Source: an uncultured virus (IMG/VR IMGVR_UViG_3300046507_000599)
Taxonomy: Duplodnaviria > Heunggongvirae > Uroviricota > Caudoviricetes
Strand: one strand, 5' to 3'
Length of the DNA: 64,000 nt
Virus record (IMG/VR): IMGVR_UViG_3300046507_000599
The notes below the pieces were generated by a model. The model saw only the letters and a list, made by a program, of their open reading frames with translations, did not search any database and was not told the origin of the DNA. This document shows positions 38,221-47,199 of this stretch, in pieces; position 1 is the first letter of the stretch; each line of letters starts with the position of its first letter. The position numbers and the translations under genes were made by a program.

Positions 38221-38886
38221 ATGCCTGATCACAATGCACTGATCATAGATCAACCGGCCTCAGTGCTGGATGCACTTCAGTCTCTGGGAGTGACGCGCGA
38301 AGCTGTGATTCACATTGCCAGGTCTGCGGTATCTGCACGATCTGAATACTTACCTGGAATAGACGCGGTTAATTTTCCCGGTACACGCGCCTATCAAGAG
38401 GGCATCCGCCAAACGCGCCTACGGCTTAAAGCGTTGCCACAGGGATGGGTTACTAGAAAATTCAATAACATAGAGCTCGTATACAGCGCCGATTTGGGGG
38501 TCATGGTTGGTTTTCAAAACGTAGACCGCGCCTGCGGTGACATTGATCCCAAGGCTATCTCTGAGCGCGGAGAAGGCACTAGGCAACTGGTCTCCCTTCC
38601 CTATCAACGCAGCCTTTTCAGCAGCGACAGGGTTGGCACTATTCCAAAAGCTATCGGGGCCTTTCCGGTGATCTGGTTTATTTGCGTTGCCGCTCATTCA
38701 GACCGCATTCAAGTCGAGGTGTCCAGACCAAAGCCGTTCACGTCCGATCAGTTTGAAGGATTTTTTGAGCGGATCTTCATTGCGGACGAGCCTGTAAATG
38801 ACAAGCCACTTGATGAAGTGGTCGTTGACGACCAGGTAGATGAACCCGAAATCTTTATCAGCAAAAAGCAAAATGGCAACTCTTAA
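38221..38886 (+). CDS. Putative toxin of RosmerTA-like pair
   Basis: Overlaps start of the XRE-metallopeptidase gene; acidic C-terminal tail. Confidence 0.6.
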   Translation: MPDHNALIIDQPASVLDALQSLGVTREAVIHIARSAVSARSEYLPGIDAVNFPGTRAYQEGIRQTRLRLKALPQGWVTRKFNNIELVYSADLGVMVGFQNVDRACGDIDPKAISERGEGTRQLVSLPYQRSLFSSDRVGTIPKAIGAFPVIWFICVAAHSDRIQVEVSRPKPFTSDQFEGFFERIFIADEPVNDKPLDEVVVDDQVDEPEIFISKKQNGNS

Positions 38887-39946
38887 TCTTTCGAGACTGA
38901 CCCTGGCAAGAAAGCGCAGGCAGCTGACTAAAAAGCAGCTTGCCGAGATGGCCGGAATATCCAGTATTACCCTGACCCGCATCGATACGGGAGTAATCAC
39001 GTCCCCGGGCGATGACACCGTCGAAGCGCTGGCGCGAGCTTTGGGCTACCCCGTCAGTTTTTTTTATCTAGATGATGTTGATGAGCTGGATGAGAAAGAG
39101 GTTAGCTTCAGAAGCCTAAAAGCCATGACTGCAAGGCAGGCTGATGCAGCCATCGCTAGCGGCTCGCTTGGCTATATTTTCAATGAGTGGGTTTCCGGCA
39201 AGTTCAATATGCCCACTCCAGACCTGCCAGAACTCAGATCTGAGGACCCAGCGTCAGCTGCGGCATCCATTCGAAGGCATTGGGGAATTGGATTCAGACC
39301 GATCCCTAATCTGATAAGGCTGATGGAATCTAAAGGGGTCAGAGTTTTCACTCTCTCGGAAGGGAAAAACGTAGATGCTTTTTCCTTCTGGAGGGATGGA
39401 ACGCCGTTTATTTTCCTGAACACAGTGAAGTCTGCAGAGCGGAGCAGGTTTGATGCTGCTCATGAGCTTGGTCATTTGTTAATGCACTCTCATGGATACC
39501 CCGAAGGTCGAGAGGTCGAGAAGGATGCTGATAGCTTTGCATCACATCTTTTAATGCCTAGAGAGGATGTTTTATCTCAGTTACCAGCTTCCCCATCCAT
39601 CAGAAGCCTGGTGTCTGGAAAAAAAAGGTGGGGAGTTTCGGTGGTTGCATTGGCGCGAACCGCGAAAGATGTAGGGCTTCTAACTGACTGGCATTATCGA
39701 GAACTGTGCAAGCAAATGGCCTCTGCTGGTTATAGATCGGTAGAGCCCGAACCTATTCCTCGCGAAAGATCAGCGCTGTGGAAGATGGTGCTTGAAGAGC
39801 TATGGAAGGATAGGTACACCAAAGAGTCCATAGCCGATCAGCTCGAACTACCGCTAGACGAAATTGATTCCTTGCTGCAAGGAGTGCTTGGCGGACCTGA
39901 CAATTCAAACCAGATTTTTGAGCGAGCGCCCTTGCGTCTTGTGTAA
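38873..39946 (+). CDS. XRE-HTH + ImmA/IrrE (M78) zinc metallopeptidase, RmrA-like
   Basis: N-terminal HTH; RSRFDAAHELGH; E..AD.FA..LLMP. Confidence 0.9.
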   Translation: MATLNLSRLTLARKRRQLTKKQLAEMAGISSITLTRIDTGVITSPGDDTVEALARALGYPVSFFYLDDVDELDEKEVSFRSLKAMTARQADAAIASGSLGYIFNEWVSGKFNMPTPDLPELRSEDPASAAASIRRHWGIGFRPIPNLIRLMESKGVRVFTLSEGKNVDAFSFWRDGTPFIFLNTVKSAERSRFDAAHELGHLLMHSHGYPEGREVEKDADSFASHLLMPREDVLSQLPASPSIRSLVSGKKRWGVSVVALARTAKDVGLLTDWHYRELCKQMASAGYRSVEPEPIPRERSALWKMVLEELWKDRYTKESIADQLELPLDEIDSLLQGVLGGPDNSNQIFERAPLRLV

Positions 39947-39956
39947 AATGTAAAAA

Positions 39957-39981
39957 TAGCCCGGCCCGTGCCGGGCTTTTT
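39957..39981 (+). terminator. Intrinsic terminator
   Basis: AGCCCGGC-ccgt-GCCGGGCT-TTTT. Confidence 0.8.
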
Positions 39982-39998
39982 CGTTCCGCCCTTGCCTG

Positions 39999-40219
39999 CT
40001 ATGTGCCGCCCTCAAGCCCTTCGATTGCCTGGGCAAACTTCACCCCTGCCTTTCTAACGAGTTGTCGCCATTCGGCTGCAGTGAACCCCCTTCCTGCTCC
40101 ATCAAATCGGCCATTTTCAGTAAATCATCATGTTGATCCTCAACATCCATCCGGATCTCGGGTGCGTCCAGCAGCGTGCGCCAAGCGGTAAGTGCGTGTT
40201 CTTTACGATCGTCGCTCAT
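39999..40219 (-). pseudogene. Small gene with probable 1-nt deletion in a G5 run
   Basis: MSDDRKEHAL...EQEG, continues in shifted frame FTAAEWRQLVRKAG...stop at 39999. Confidence 0.5.
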
Positions 40220-40358
40220 GGTGAGCACCAAGTGTGTCTGTGACCGGTAGACGTGGTGGATGGTGGCGTTCAATCGCACCTACATATGGCAAAGCTAGAC
40301 GCACAGACAGTTACGCTCCCCTCCCCCTCGCTCTTGCCAAACCTTGGGAGGATCAATA

Positions 40359-40374
40359 CTGTATGTATATCCAG
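40359..40374 (+). promoter_or_regulatory. LexA (SOS) box
   Basis: taCTGTATGTATATCCAGta. Confidence 0.85.
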
Positions 40375-40393
40375 TATCAGCAAGGAGCTATAA

Positions 40394-40645
40394 ATGCCCG
40401 CTACCGCTTTTCCAGTTACACACTCTCGAGACTCATATGAGCTTGTCGGGCGCCGCATTCAGCGCCTTATAACTGCGCCAAAAATGCAGAAAATCCAGGT
40501 AGTGACTGTCGCCCGAAATGACGACGAAAGCCCTGAGGCGTGGCAGCGAGTAATTCAAGAGATCGGTGAAACCTGCGGTGTGCGCGTCGAACATCTTGAG
40601 GGCGGCACTGTCCGGATCGGCTGGCGAGACTACTGCGACGCCTAA
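40394..40645 (+). CDS. DUF1654-like protein
   Basis: SYEL.G.RIQRLI..P..Q...W; AAGGAG RBS; terminator at 40648-40671. Confidence 0.8.
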   Translation: MPATAFPVTHSRDSYELVGRRIQRLITAPKMQKIQVVTVARNDDESPEAWQRVIQEIGETCGVRVEHLEGGTVRIGWRDYCDA

Positions 40646-40691
40646 ACGAGCCCGCCACTGAGCGGGCTTTTTATCGTGCGCTGAAAATCAT

Positions 40692-40733
40692 ATAAGCCTG
40701 CTTATTGACGAAATAAATAAGCAGGCTTATATT
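40692..40733 (+). promoter_or_regulatory. OL operators (2x) and pL
   Basis: ATAAGCCTGCTTAT at 40692, ATAAGCAGGCTTAT at 40717; TTGACG-N17-TATATT. Confidence 0.88.
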
Positions 40734-40782
40734 TGAGCCATCACAGTGATACAGCCACTGCGAAGGGCCTCAAGAGACCCGC

Positions 40783-40794
40783 TGCTCTTTAACA
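40783..40794 (+). promoter_or_regulatory. boxA antitermination element
   Basis: TGCTCTTTAACA, about 45 nt after the pL start. Confidence 0.8.
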
Positions 40795-41065
40795 GTCAGG
40801 AATCTTCGCGGATCGATCCCCGGAAACGGGCATAGCGCGAAACACAAACTTCGATCTCCATGCAGGCTCTGGAACCTGCCGGACTCTCCATATGGGAGGA
40901 CGCCAAACCATGCAAGCCAACCGGCGAATAACACCGAACACGAAATGTGTGACGCCGGTCAGGTGGGGAAACCGCGGCGCCGAGCATGGGGCGGACAGCA
41001 ACACGGAATTTTTCACTGATGCACCTGGTGACGGGTGCATTGGGAAAACAACCGAGGCCAACACT

Positions 41066-41251
41066 ATGAACAAGGTCATTCACATCACCCTGCGCGGTGA
41101 GCTGCAGGTCTTCGCCGACGCCGACCTAAATGCCTGCATCCGAGAGGCGAACAGGCTCAATGCTGAACGTGGACTCAAGAGCGGCGTGCGGGTTGTTGAG
41201 ACCGTAGACGGCCATCGAATGACGGCGGCTGACTGCAAGGCTGCTGCATGA
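41066..41251 (+). CDS. Hypothetical early protein
   Basis: GAGG RBS; 61 aa. Confidence 0.7.
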   Translation: MNKVIHITLRGELQVFADADLNACIREANRLNAERGLKSGVRVVETVDGHRMTAADCKAAA

Positions 41252-41319
41252 AGATTTCACTGGCTGGCCTTGGCGACAGGGCCAGACGGGAAATCAACCG
41301 ATCAAGCACGGAGCATCAA

Positions 41320-42099
41320 ATGAGCGAACAAACGCTTCAGCAACTGCTGGCCGAACGTGTCAGCACCTACGCCCTGTCTGATCGCCCTCGCGAGCTGATC
41401 GATGAGGGCATCGACAAGATGTTCAAAAGCGTCGTCGAAGACGCCTTCAGATCTTACGGCACCATCGGCGAGTCAATAAAAACGGCCGTGAAGGAAGCCT
41501 TTCCGGCCAATGTCACCGACATGTTTGAGCTTCAGCGCTACAACGCACTGATCGCCAATGCTTTGCGGGAGCGCTGGGAGGCTGCGGGCATGGAGTCGGC
41601 AATCATGAAGCAGGCCGACGCATCCATCACTGAGGTGTTGACCGGTGAAGGTCTGCTCACAGGTGAGATTTCGCTGAAGGATTTGCTCGACGCATTCATT
41701 GATGAACACAAAGAAGAGGCTGCGGACGAGCGATGGAGCGCCCCGGAAATCCGCATCATTGAAGACGACAGCCATTCTCACAAGTTCTACCACATCTACT
41801 TCGATCCGCAGCCAGAAGGTGGGAGTCGGTACAGCTACAGCAATGAGCGCCGTAGCGACTACAGCCTTAAACACAACATCCATGTGATGGTTGAAGGTGA
41901 GCGCGAAACCAGCGACCACTGGAGACCGAAAGTCGAATTCGGGAAGGTGTATAGCGCCCAGCTCGACGCGAAAAAGGTTTCGATCAAAATGAATATCCGC
42001 TCGAAATGGGAGCGCATCATGGCTTCGCTTTATTTCGGTGAAGCCGTCCTGCTGATCGACTGCGAGGAAAGCGATTTCTCTTACGGGTTCGACGACTGA
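41320..42099 (+). CDS. Hypothetical early protein
   Basis: GGAG RBS; 259 aa, acidic. Confidence 0.8.
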   Translation: MSEQTLQQLLAERVSTYALSDRPRELIDEGIDKMFKSVVEDAFRSYGTIGESIKTAVKEAFPANVTDMFELQRYNALIANALRERWEAAGMESAIMKQADASITEVLTGEGLLTGEISLKDLLDAFIDEHKEEAADERWSAPEIRIIEDDSHSHKFYHIYFDPQPEGGSRYSYSNERRSDYSLKHNIHVMVEGERETSDHWRPKVEFGKVYSAQLDAKKVSIKMNIRSKWERIMASLYFGEAVLLIDCEESDFSYGFDD

Positions 42100-42102
42100 A
42101 CA

Positions 42103-42349
42103 ACCAGCGCACGACAGCCTGTCGTTAACTGCCCGATCCTCTCTATGAGAGCGCATCGGTTTGCGATCTTCCAGACAGGGCGCCCGCTCGCGAGGGAGGT
42201 GCTGATTGAAGTTCAGCGAGATCGCAATCCGATGCGGACGAAACTGCGGCCTATAACCGCCCACCTGCATCAAATCCCAGAATCGGTTGTTATCGAGCGC
42301 TGGTGAACTGAACACGGCCGTGGAACTCGGCGCCGGAGACGTAACCGGC
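42103..42349 (+). ncRNA. Putative structured RNA
   Basis: Closing stem 42103-42110/42297-42304, 18-bp stem 42152-42169/42219-42236, several hairpins. Confidence 0.5.
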
Positions 42350-42421
42350 AGCTCTGGCAACTTGAGATGGTCATGCAGGCATGGTCAAATAAGTAATGGC
42401 CTTTTGCTACGGTAATCTCAG

Positions 42422-42850
42422 TTGAAACAGAATCGCGGAATAATCATATTTTTCTCGGCAATGACTTTGCTCTTTATCTTGGTACAGGTATGGCATGCGA
42501 AGACTGCTCCGGAAGAGAAAATGCAGGAGCGTGAACGCCAGCTAAAAGGTCTCGCGCTAATCATGAGTGTTCAGTCCGGAAAAGCATCTGATGACTCAAC
42601 TCGCATTGACTCGGTGACCTACAGCGATGAGGTCATGCGTATCTCTTACACACTCACAAAAGTAGCGAAGGACGAAATCGATACCGATGAGTTCACCAAG
42701 GACGCTAAAGCGCTTGGAGTTTCTGCATTCTGCAATGAAAAAGGTTTAGGACAGTTCGTTAAAACGGGTCTTTCCATTAACCTTCTGTACAAAGATTCAA
42801 CCAGCTCACCGATAGTTGAGTTTCAGATAGGCAAGTCCGACTGCCTCTGA
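42422..42850 (+). CDS. Membrane/periplasmic moron, AspS/PA3611 pilotin-like pattern
   Basis: N-terminal TM; internal and terminal Cys; own terminator at 42863-42890. Confidence 0.6.
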   Translation: MKQNRGIIIFFSAMTLLFILVQVWHAKTAPEEKMQERERQLKGLALIMSVQSGKASDDSTRIDSVTYSDEVMRISYTLTKVAKDEIDTDEFTKDAKALGVSAFCNEKGLGQFVKTGLSINLLYKDSTSSPIVEFQIGKSDCL

Positions 42851-43043
42851 AGACTGCCCACTGAAGCCCGCCTCTCTCGCGGGCTTTTTTCTGCGTGTCG
42901 TACCGCAATGAGACCCCGCAGCTAGTCATCAATCTCCCGACAAATCCCGAATGCACTCCCCTCCGCGCCCAACGGCAGCCAGCGGAGCGAACGAGTGCAT
43001 CCGAGTTTTGTTGGATCAACACCCCGCCACTCTGGAGACGACC

Positions 43044-43448
43044 ATGTCAGCTCTACGCAAGCCCATCCCGGAAGACGACTTTCTCGATACGGAGGCAGGT
43101 CAGGACTGGCTGACCGAGTCGGTCGACGATCTGCTTTATCGGCGCCACGTCGAAGCACCAAATCCGGTAGGCCGAAGCAAGGTTCTGGTCAACGCCGACC
43201 ACTTACCGGAGGCGCTGGCGGATCACATGGCCGCGAACCCAGATCCTGATCGGTACATCGAGAAGATCCTGATCGAACTGATCTGTCGCGGGGATGGCGG
43301 CGTACTGCACAAGTGGGCCATCGAAGCCGTTGGCGGTGATCCGCAGATCGTTCGGTCGCTCGCCAACGACCTGGTCGCGGTGCACGCCAACGAATACCGA
43401 GACGCCAAGCGCGAAAGCGATCGCGTTGAGAGGGAGTGTGGGTTTTGA
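43044..43448 (+). CDS. Hypothetical early protein
   Basis: GGAG RBS. Confidence 0.75.
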   Translation: MSALRKPIPEDDFLDTEAGQDWLTESVDDLLYRRHVEAPNPVGRSKVLVNADHLPEALADHMAANPDPDRYIEKILIELICRGDGGVLHKWAIEAVGGDPQIVRSLANDLVAVHANEYRDAKRESDRVERECGF

Positions 43449-43636
43449 GCCCTCACATCCTGATCGATCAAGCCCTTGATGGTGTGTCGGTGCCCGCCGG
43501 CGAAGAAGACATCAGCCTGCTGGTGCAGGGCCTGATCACCCGCCTCTTCACCGACGGCGCAATCACCACCGACGAGTTCAACCACTATTGCAAACGCCTA
43601 CGTGACACCTGTCAGCGGCGCAAGGAGGACGCATGA
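43445..43636 (+). CDS. Hypothetical early protein
   Basis: Coupled TTG start; GAITTDEF..Y. Confidence 0.7.
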   Translation: MSPHILIDQALDGVSVPAGEEDISLLVQGLITRLFTDGAITTDEFNHYCKRLRDTCQRRKEDA

Positions 43637-43827
43637 GTACGGCACCGGTTAAATCGCTGATCGACGAGCAGCTGGAGGACATCGAACACAAGATCGCCCT
43701 GCTCGGCTTCGGCCTTCCCTTCAATGAGGTGATCGGCCGCAAGCGCGAGGATCTGGTCGCTAATCTCCCGCAGCGCCTGGCGCCGTCCATGAAGGGCAAA
43801 CGGATTGCCGTGAAGGTTCGGCCGTGA
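43633..43827 (+). CDS. Hypothetical early protein
   Basis: ATGA overlap, GGAGG RBS. Confidence 0.75.
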   Translation: MSTAPVKSLIDEQLEDIEHKIALLGFGLPFNEVIGRKREDLVANLPQRLAPSMKGKRIAVKVRP

Positions 43828-43940
43828 CCGGTCGCCAGCTTGCCCGCCGCATTCTGATTCGGCGCGGATCATTCTCTGCCATCGGCGTTTTCACCTTCTT
43901 GATGCTGCTCAGCGCCCTCGCCGACCGCATCACTCAATAA
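43824..43940 (+). CDS. Small membrane peptide (38 aa)
   Basis: GTGA overlap; MTGRQLARRILIRRGSFSAIGVFTFLMLLSALADRITQ. Confidence 0.55.
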   Translation: MTGRQLARRILIRRGSFSAIGVFTFLMLLSALADRITQ

Positions 43941-43983
43941 ACAAAGCATTCAACCGCTGCGCTGGGCGCGGCAAGGATCTCCC

Positions 43984-44802
43984 GTGAGCGCAGTAATGAA
44001 GCAGGAAGACCAACTGCCTGCAATGTCGGAGGCGGCACTCGTTGAAGTGCTGAGCAACAGCCTCTACCCGGGCGCAGAGAAAAATTCGGTAGTGATGGTG
44101 CTGGCTTACTGCCAGGCCGCGCATCTGGACCCAATGCTGAAGCCCGTGCATATCGTGCCGATCTGGAACGCCAAGGCGAAGAAGATGCAGGACACGGTCA
44201 TGCCTGGCATTGGACTCTATCGCATTCAAGCGGCGCGAACCGGACAGTACGCAGGAATCAGCGACCCTGAATACGGGCCACCAATCACCGCCAAGCTGGG
44301 TGGTGTCGATGTCACCTATCCGGAGTGGTGTCGGGTCACCGTCAAGCGCCAGATGTCGAACGGCCTCGTTGCAGAGTTCACCGCTAACGAGCGCTGGCTT
44401 GAGAACTACGCAACGGCCAGCAAGGACACCGTCGCACCAAACTCCATGTGGAAGCGCCGCGCTTTCGCACAGCTCGCCAAGTGCGCCGAGGCCCAAGCGC
44501 TGCGCAAGGCCTTTCCAGAGGTTGGATCGGCGCCGACCGCTGACGAGATGGAAGGAAAGATCTTCGATGAAGCGCCGCGCGATGTAAGTCCGCAGCGGCA
44601 GCAAGAGCCCGAGCCAGAAGCCCTCCCACCCTACTCCGATGATCTTCTGAAAGAGAACATCGAAAAATGGCGGCCGCTCATCGACGCAGGCAGGACCAAC
44701 CCTGAACACATCATCGCCAACGTCAGTAGCAAATACACGCTACGCGACGACCAGATCGAAACCATCCATAACCTGAAAGCCATCGACGGAGACACAGCAT
44801 GA
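43984..44802 (+). CDS. bet: Bet-like single-strand annealing protein
   Basis: LDP..K.VHIVP, GIGLYRI.A.RTG.YAG, KCAEAQALRKAFP. Confidence 0.92.
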   Translation: MSAVMKQEDQLPAMSEAALVEVLSNSLYPGAEKNSVVMVLAYCQAAHLDPMLKPVHIVPIWNAKAKKMQDTVMPGIGLYRIQAARTGQYAGISDPEYGPPITAKLGGVDVTYPEWCRVTVKRQMSNGLVAEFTANERWLENYATASKDTVAPNSMWKRRAFAQLAKCAEAQALRKAFPEVGSAPTADEMEGKIFDEAPRDVSPQRQQEPEPEALPPYSDDLLKENIEKWRPLIDAGRTNPEHIIANVSSKYTLRDDQIETIHNLKAIDGDTA

Positions 44803-46421
44803 AAATTCACAACGTAGCTCAAGGCTCCGCCGAGTGGCACGCACTGCGCGCTCAGCACTTCACCGCCTCCGAGGCGCCAGCAATGATGGGCGCTTCGAAG
44901 TACCAGACCCGCACCGACCTGCTGACCATGAAGAAAACCGGTATTACGCCGGAGGTCACTCAGGCCCAGCAGTACATCTTCGACAAAGGCCATGCAACTG
45001 AAGCGCTTGCCCGGCCGCTGGTTGAAGTCATGATCGGCGAGGAGCTGTATCCAGTCGTGGGCACCGACGGCAATCTGCTCGCCTCCATGGACGGCGCGAC
45101 GATGCTGGGCGAGACCCTTTTCGAGCACAAGCTTTGGAACGAATCGTTGGTCGCCCAGGTGAAGGCCGGCGAGCTGGATTCGCACTACTACTGGCAGCTT
45201 GAGCAGCAACTGCTGGTGAGCGGCGCCGAGCGCGTGATTTTCGTTTGCTCCGACGGCACTGCCGAAAACTTCGTGCACATGGAATACCGACCTGTCGCCG
45301 GCCGCGCAGCGCAGCTGGTCGAGGGCTGGAAACAGTTCGAGGCAGATCTGGCCACCTTCGAAATGGCTGACGCACCATCGATCGTCGTCGGCAAAGCGCC
45401 TGATGAACTGCCAGCGCTACGCATCGAACTGACCGGCATGGTCACCGCGAGCAACCTCAAGGTGTTCGAGGATTCGGCTCTCGCTGTCATCGACTCTGTG
45501 AAAACCACCCTGCAGACCGACCAAGACTTTGCCGACGCCAAGAAGGCGGTCAAGTGGTGCAGCGATGTCGAAGAAGCGGTTGCGGTAGCGAAGAAACAGG
45601 CGCTCTCCCAGACCCAAAGCATCGACGAGCTGTTCTCCTCGTTGGATCGCATCAGCGCTCATGCTCGCGAAACTCGCCTGAAGGTCGACAAGCTGGTCAA
45701 AGCTCAAGAACTGCTGGTGAAGACCAACATCAAGCAGAAGGCTGAGCAGGCGCTCGCGGATCACGTCGCAGCGATCAACAAGACGTTGGGCCGGGTGATG
45801 CTGCCAGCGGTTGCTTCAGACTTCGCCGGCGCGATGAAGAACAAACGCACCATTGCCAGCCTGCAGGACGCTGTCGATACCGAGCTGGCTCGAGCAAAAA
45901 TCGCTGCGAGCCAGTCAGCAGATGCCATTCGCTTGAATTTGACCAGCTTGGCCGAGCTCGTGCCCGACCATGCCTTCTTGTTCAACGACATCCAACAGCT
46001 CGTTCTGAAGGCCAACGATGACCTGGTCGCGCTGATCAAGGTGCGAATCTCTGAGCACCAGAAGGCTGAGGAGCAAAAAGCCGAGGCGCAGCGCGAGCAG
46101 ATCCGCCTACAGGAGCTGAAGCGAATCGATGACGAGGCGAAAGCCAAGGCGCCGGTCGAACCTGCACCGGTCGCCAGTCCAGCACCTGTGAAAGCCTCCG
46201 TTCCAGTTCAACCCGCCTCGAAGCCAGCGACCGCAACTGCGGCGCCGGCGAACCTGCAGGCCGAAGTGTTCGATCTGGAAGAGCTGATCAAAGCAGTTGC
46301 CTACGGCCAAGCGCCTATCTCTGTGTTGACCGTGAGCTGGGAAAACCTCGACGCGCTGGTCGCTGATCAAGGCAACAACTTCAGCATGGCCGGCGTGAGG
46401 CTGGTGAAGGTGGCAGCATGA
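44799..46421 (+). CDS. YqaJ/lambda-exonuclease family protein with long helical tail
   Basis: QGSAEW..LR...TASE, ASMDG, EHK, YYWQ..QQ. Confidence 0.92.
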   Translation: MKIHNVAQGSAEWHALRAQHFTASEAPAMMGASKYQTRTDLLTMKKTGITPEVTQAQQYIFDKGHATEALARPLVEVMIGEELYPVVGTDGNLLASMDGATMLGETLFEHKLWNESLVAQVKAGELDSHYYWQLEQQLLVSGAERVIFVCSDGTAENFVHMEYRPVAGRAAQLVEGWKQFEADLATFEMADAPSIVVGKAPDELPALRIELTGMVTASNLKVFEDSALAVIDSVKTTLQTDQDFADAKKAVKWCSDVEEAVAVAKKQALSQTQSIDELFSSLDRISAHARETRLKVDKLVKAQELLVKTNIKQKAEQALADHVAAINKTLGRVMLPAVASDFAGAMKNKRTIASLQDAVDTELARAKIAASQSADAIRLNLTSLAELVPDHAFLFNDIQQLVLKANDDLVALIKVRISEHQKAEEQKAEAQREQIRLQELKRIDDEAKAKAPVEPAPVASPAPVKASVPVQPASKPATATAAPANLQAEVFDLEELIKAVAYGQAPISVLTVSWENLDALVADQGNNFSMAGVRLVKVAA

Positions 46422-46663
46422 TCAGCAATCACCTCAACCTCGTCGAGCAGCACCGTTCGGATGCCGAATCGATCTCTGAACAAATCGCGCAGTACCTGGC
46501 CACCGGCGGGCGGATCGACCAACTGAAGAGCCCGCCGCGCAATCCGCTGCCACCGCCCCGCTCGAAGAAAATAGACCCTGAAACGGTCCTCAAGCGGCGG
46601 CGGCCGAAGCCGATATCGGCCGCCGACCGCAAGACTCTGCGCAAAATGGCGGACTCGATATGA
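46418..46663 (+). CDS. Hypothetical early protein
   Basis: Coupled ORF; homologue at 57768. Confidence 0.75.
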   Translation: MISNHLNLVEQHRSDAESISEQIAQYLATGGRIDQLKSPPRNPLPPPRSKKIDPETVLKRRRPKPISAADRKTLRKMADSI

Positions 46664-47124
46664 AGTCGAAACGAAAACCCAACAACGGCTTCGCCCGGGC
46701 TGAACGCAGCTGCCGGGCGCTGCTGCGCACCAACCACGTCGCGGTGGTGAACATCGACCCCAGCGGCAGCCAGATCATGGCGAACTGGAAGAGCTGCCGA
46801 CAGATCCGCAGTCTGGCGATCGCCAACGCTATTTTCGATTTCTCGTATCGCTGGACGATCTACATCGGCGCCATGTGTCGCGACGAGCGCGGCGCTGAGT
46901 ACATCAAGTCGGTCGAGATCTCGCCAGAGGGCATCTGCAAGGTCGAGCGCCTGACCGATGCGATCGAGCATTACTATCTGGAGCTGCGCAACAGCTGTAA
47001 CCCGACCCATATGGTGGCGTCAGGCTGGATCGCCATTCCGGACGAAGTTTCGATGGATGAAGCCGAAGCCGCGAAGCTGTTCTACGCCGCCGGCGCCTGG
47101 CATCAGGTGAAGGTAGCTGCGTGA
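46660..47124 (+). CDS. Hypothetical early protein
   Basis: Near-identical copy at 58007. Confidence 0.8.
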   Translation: MKSKRKPNNGFARAERSCRALLRTNHVAVVNIDPSGSQIMANWKSCRQIRSLAIANAIFDFSYRWTIYIGAMCRDERGAEYIKSVEISPEGICKVERLTDAIEHYYLELRNSCNPTHMVASGWIAIPDEVSMDEAEAAKLFYAAGAWHQVKVAA

Positions 47125-47199
47125 GACGTTCCAGACCCCAACAACGCAAACGACAGACCTGGCTGGACTTGCCGGCCAGCGGAATTGAAGAGGTAGGCC

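Noticed and set aside
42139..42260. Hammerhead ribozyme (stem followed by GACGAAAC)
   Set aside because: No CUGANGA core before the stem
41473..42360. 295-aa minus-strand ORF
   Set aside because: Overlaps the better-supported + strand gene and the structured RNA; low-complexity translation
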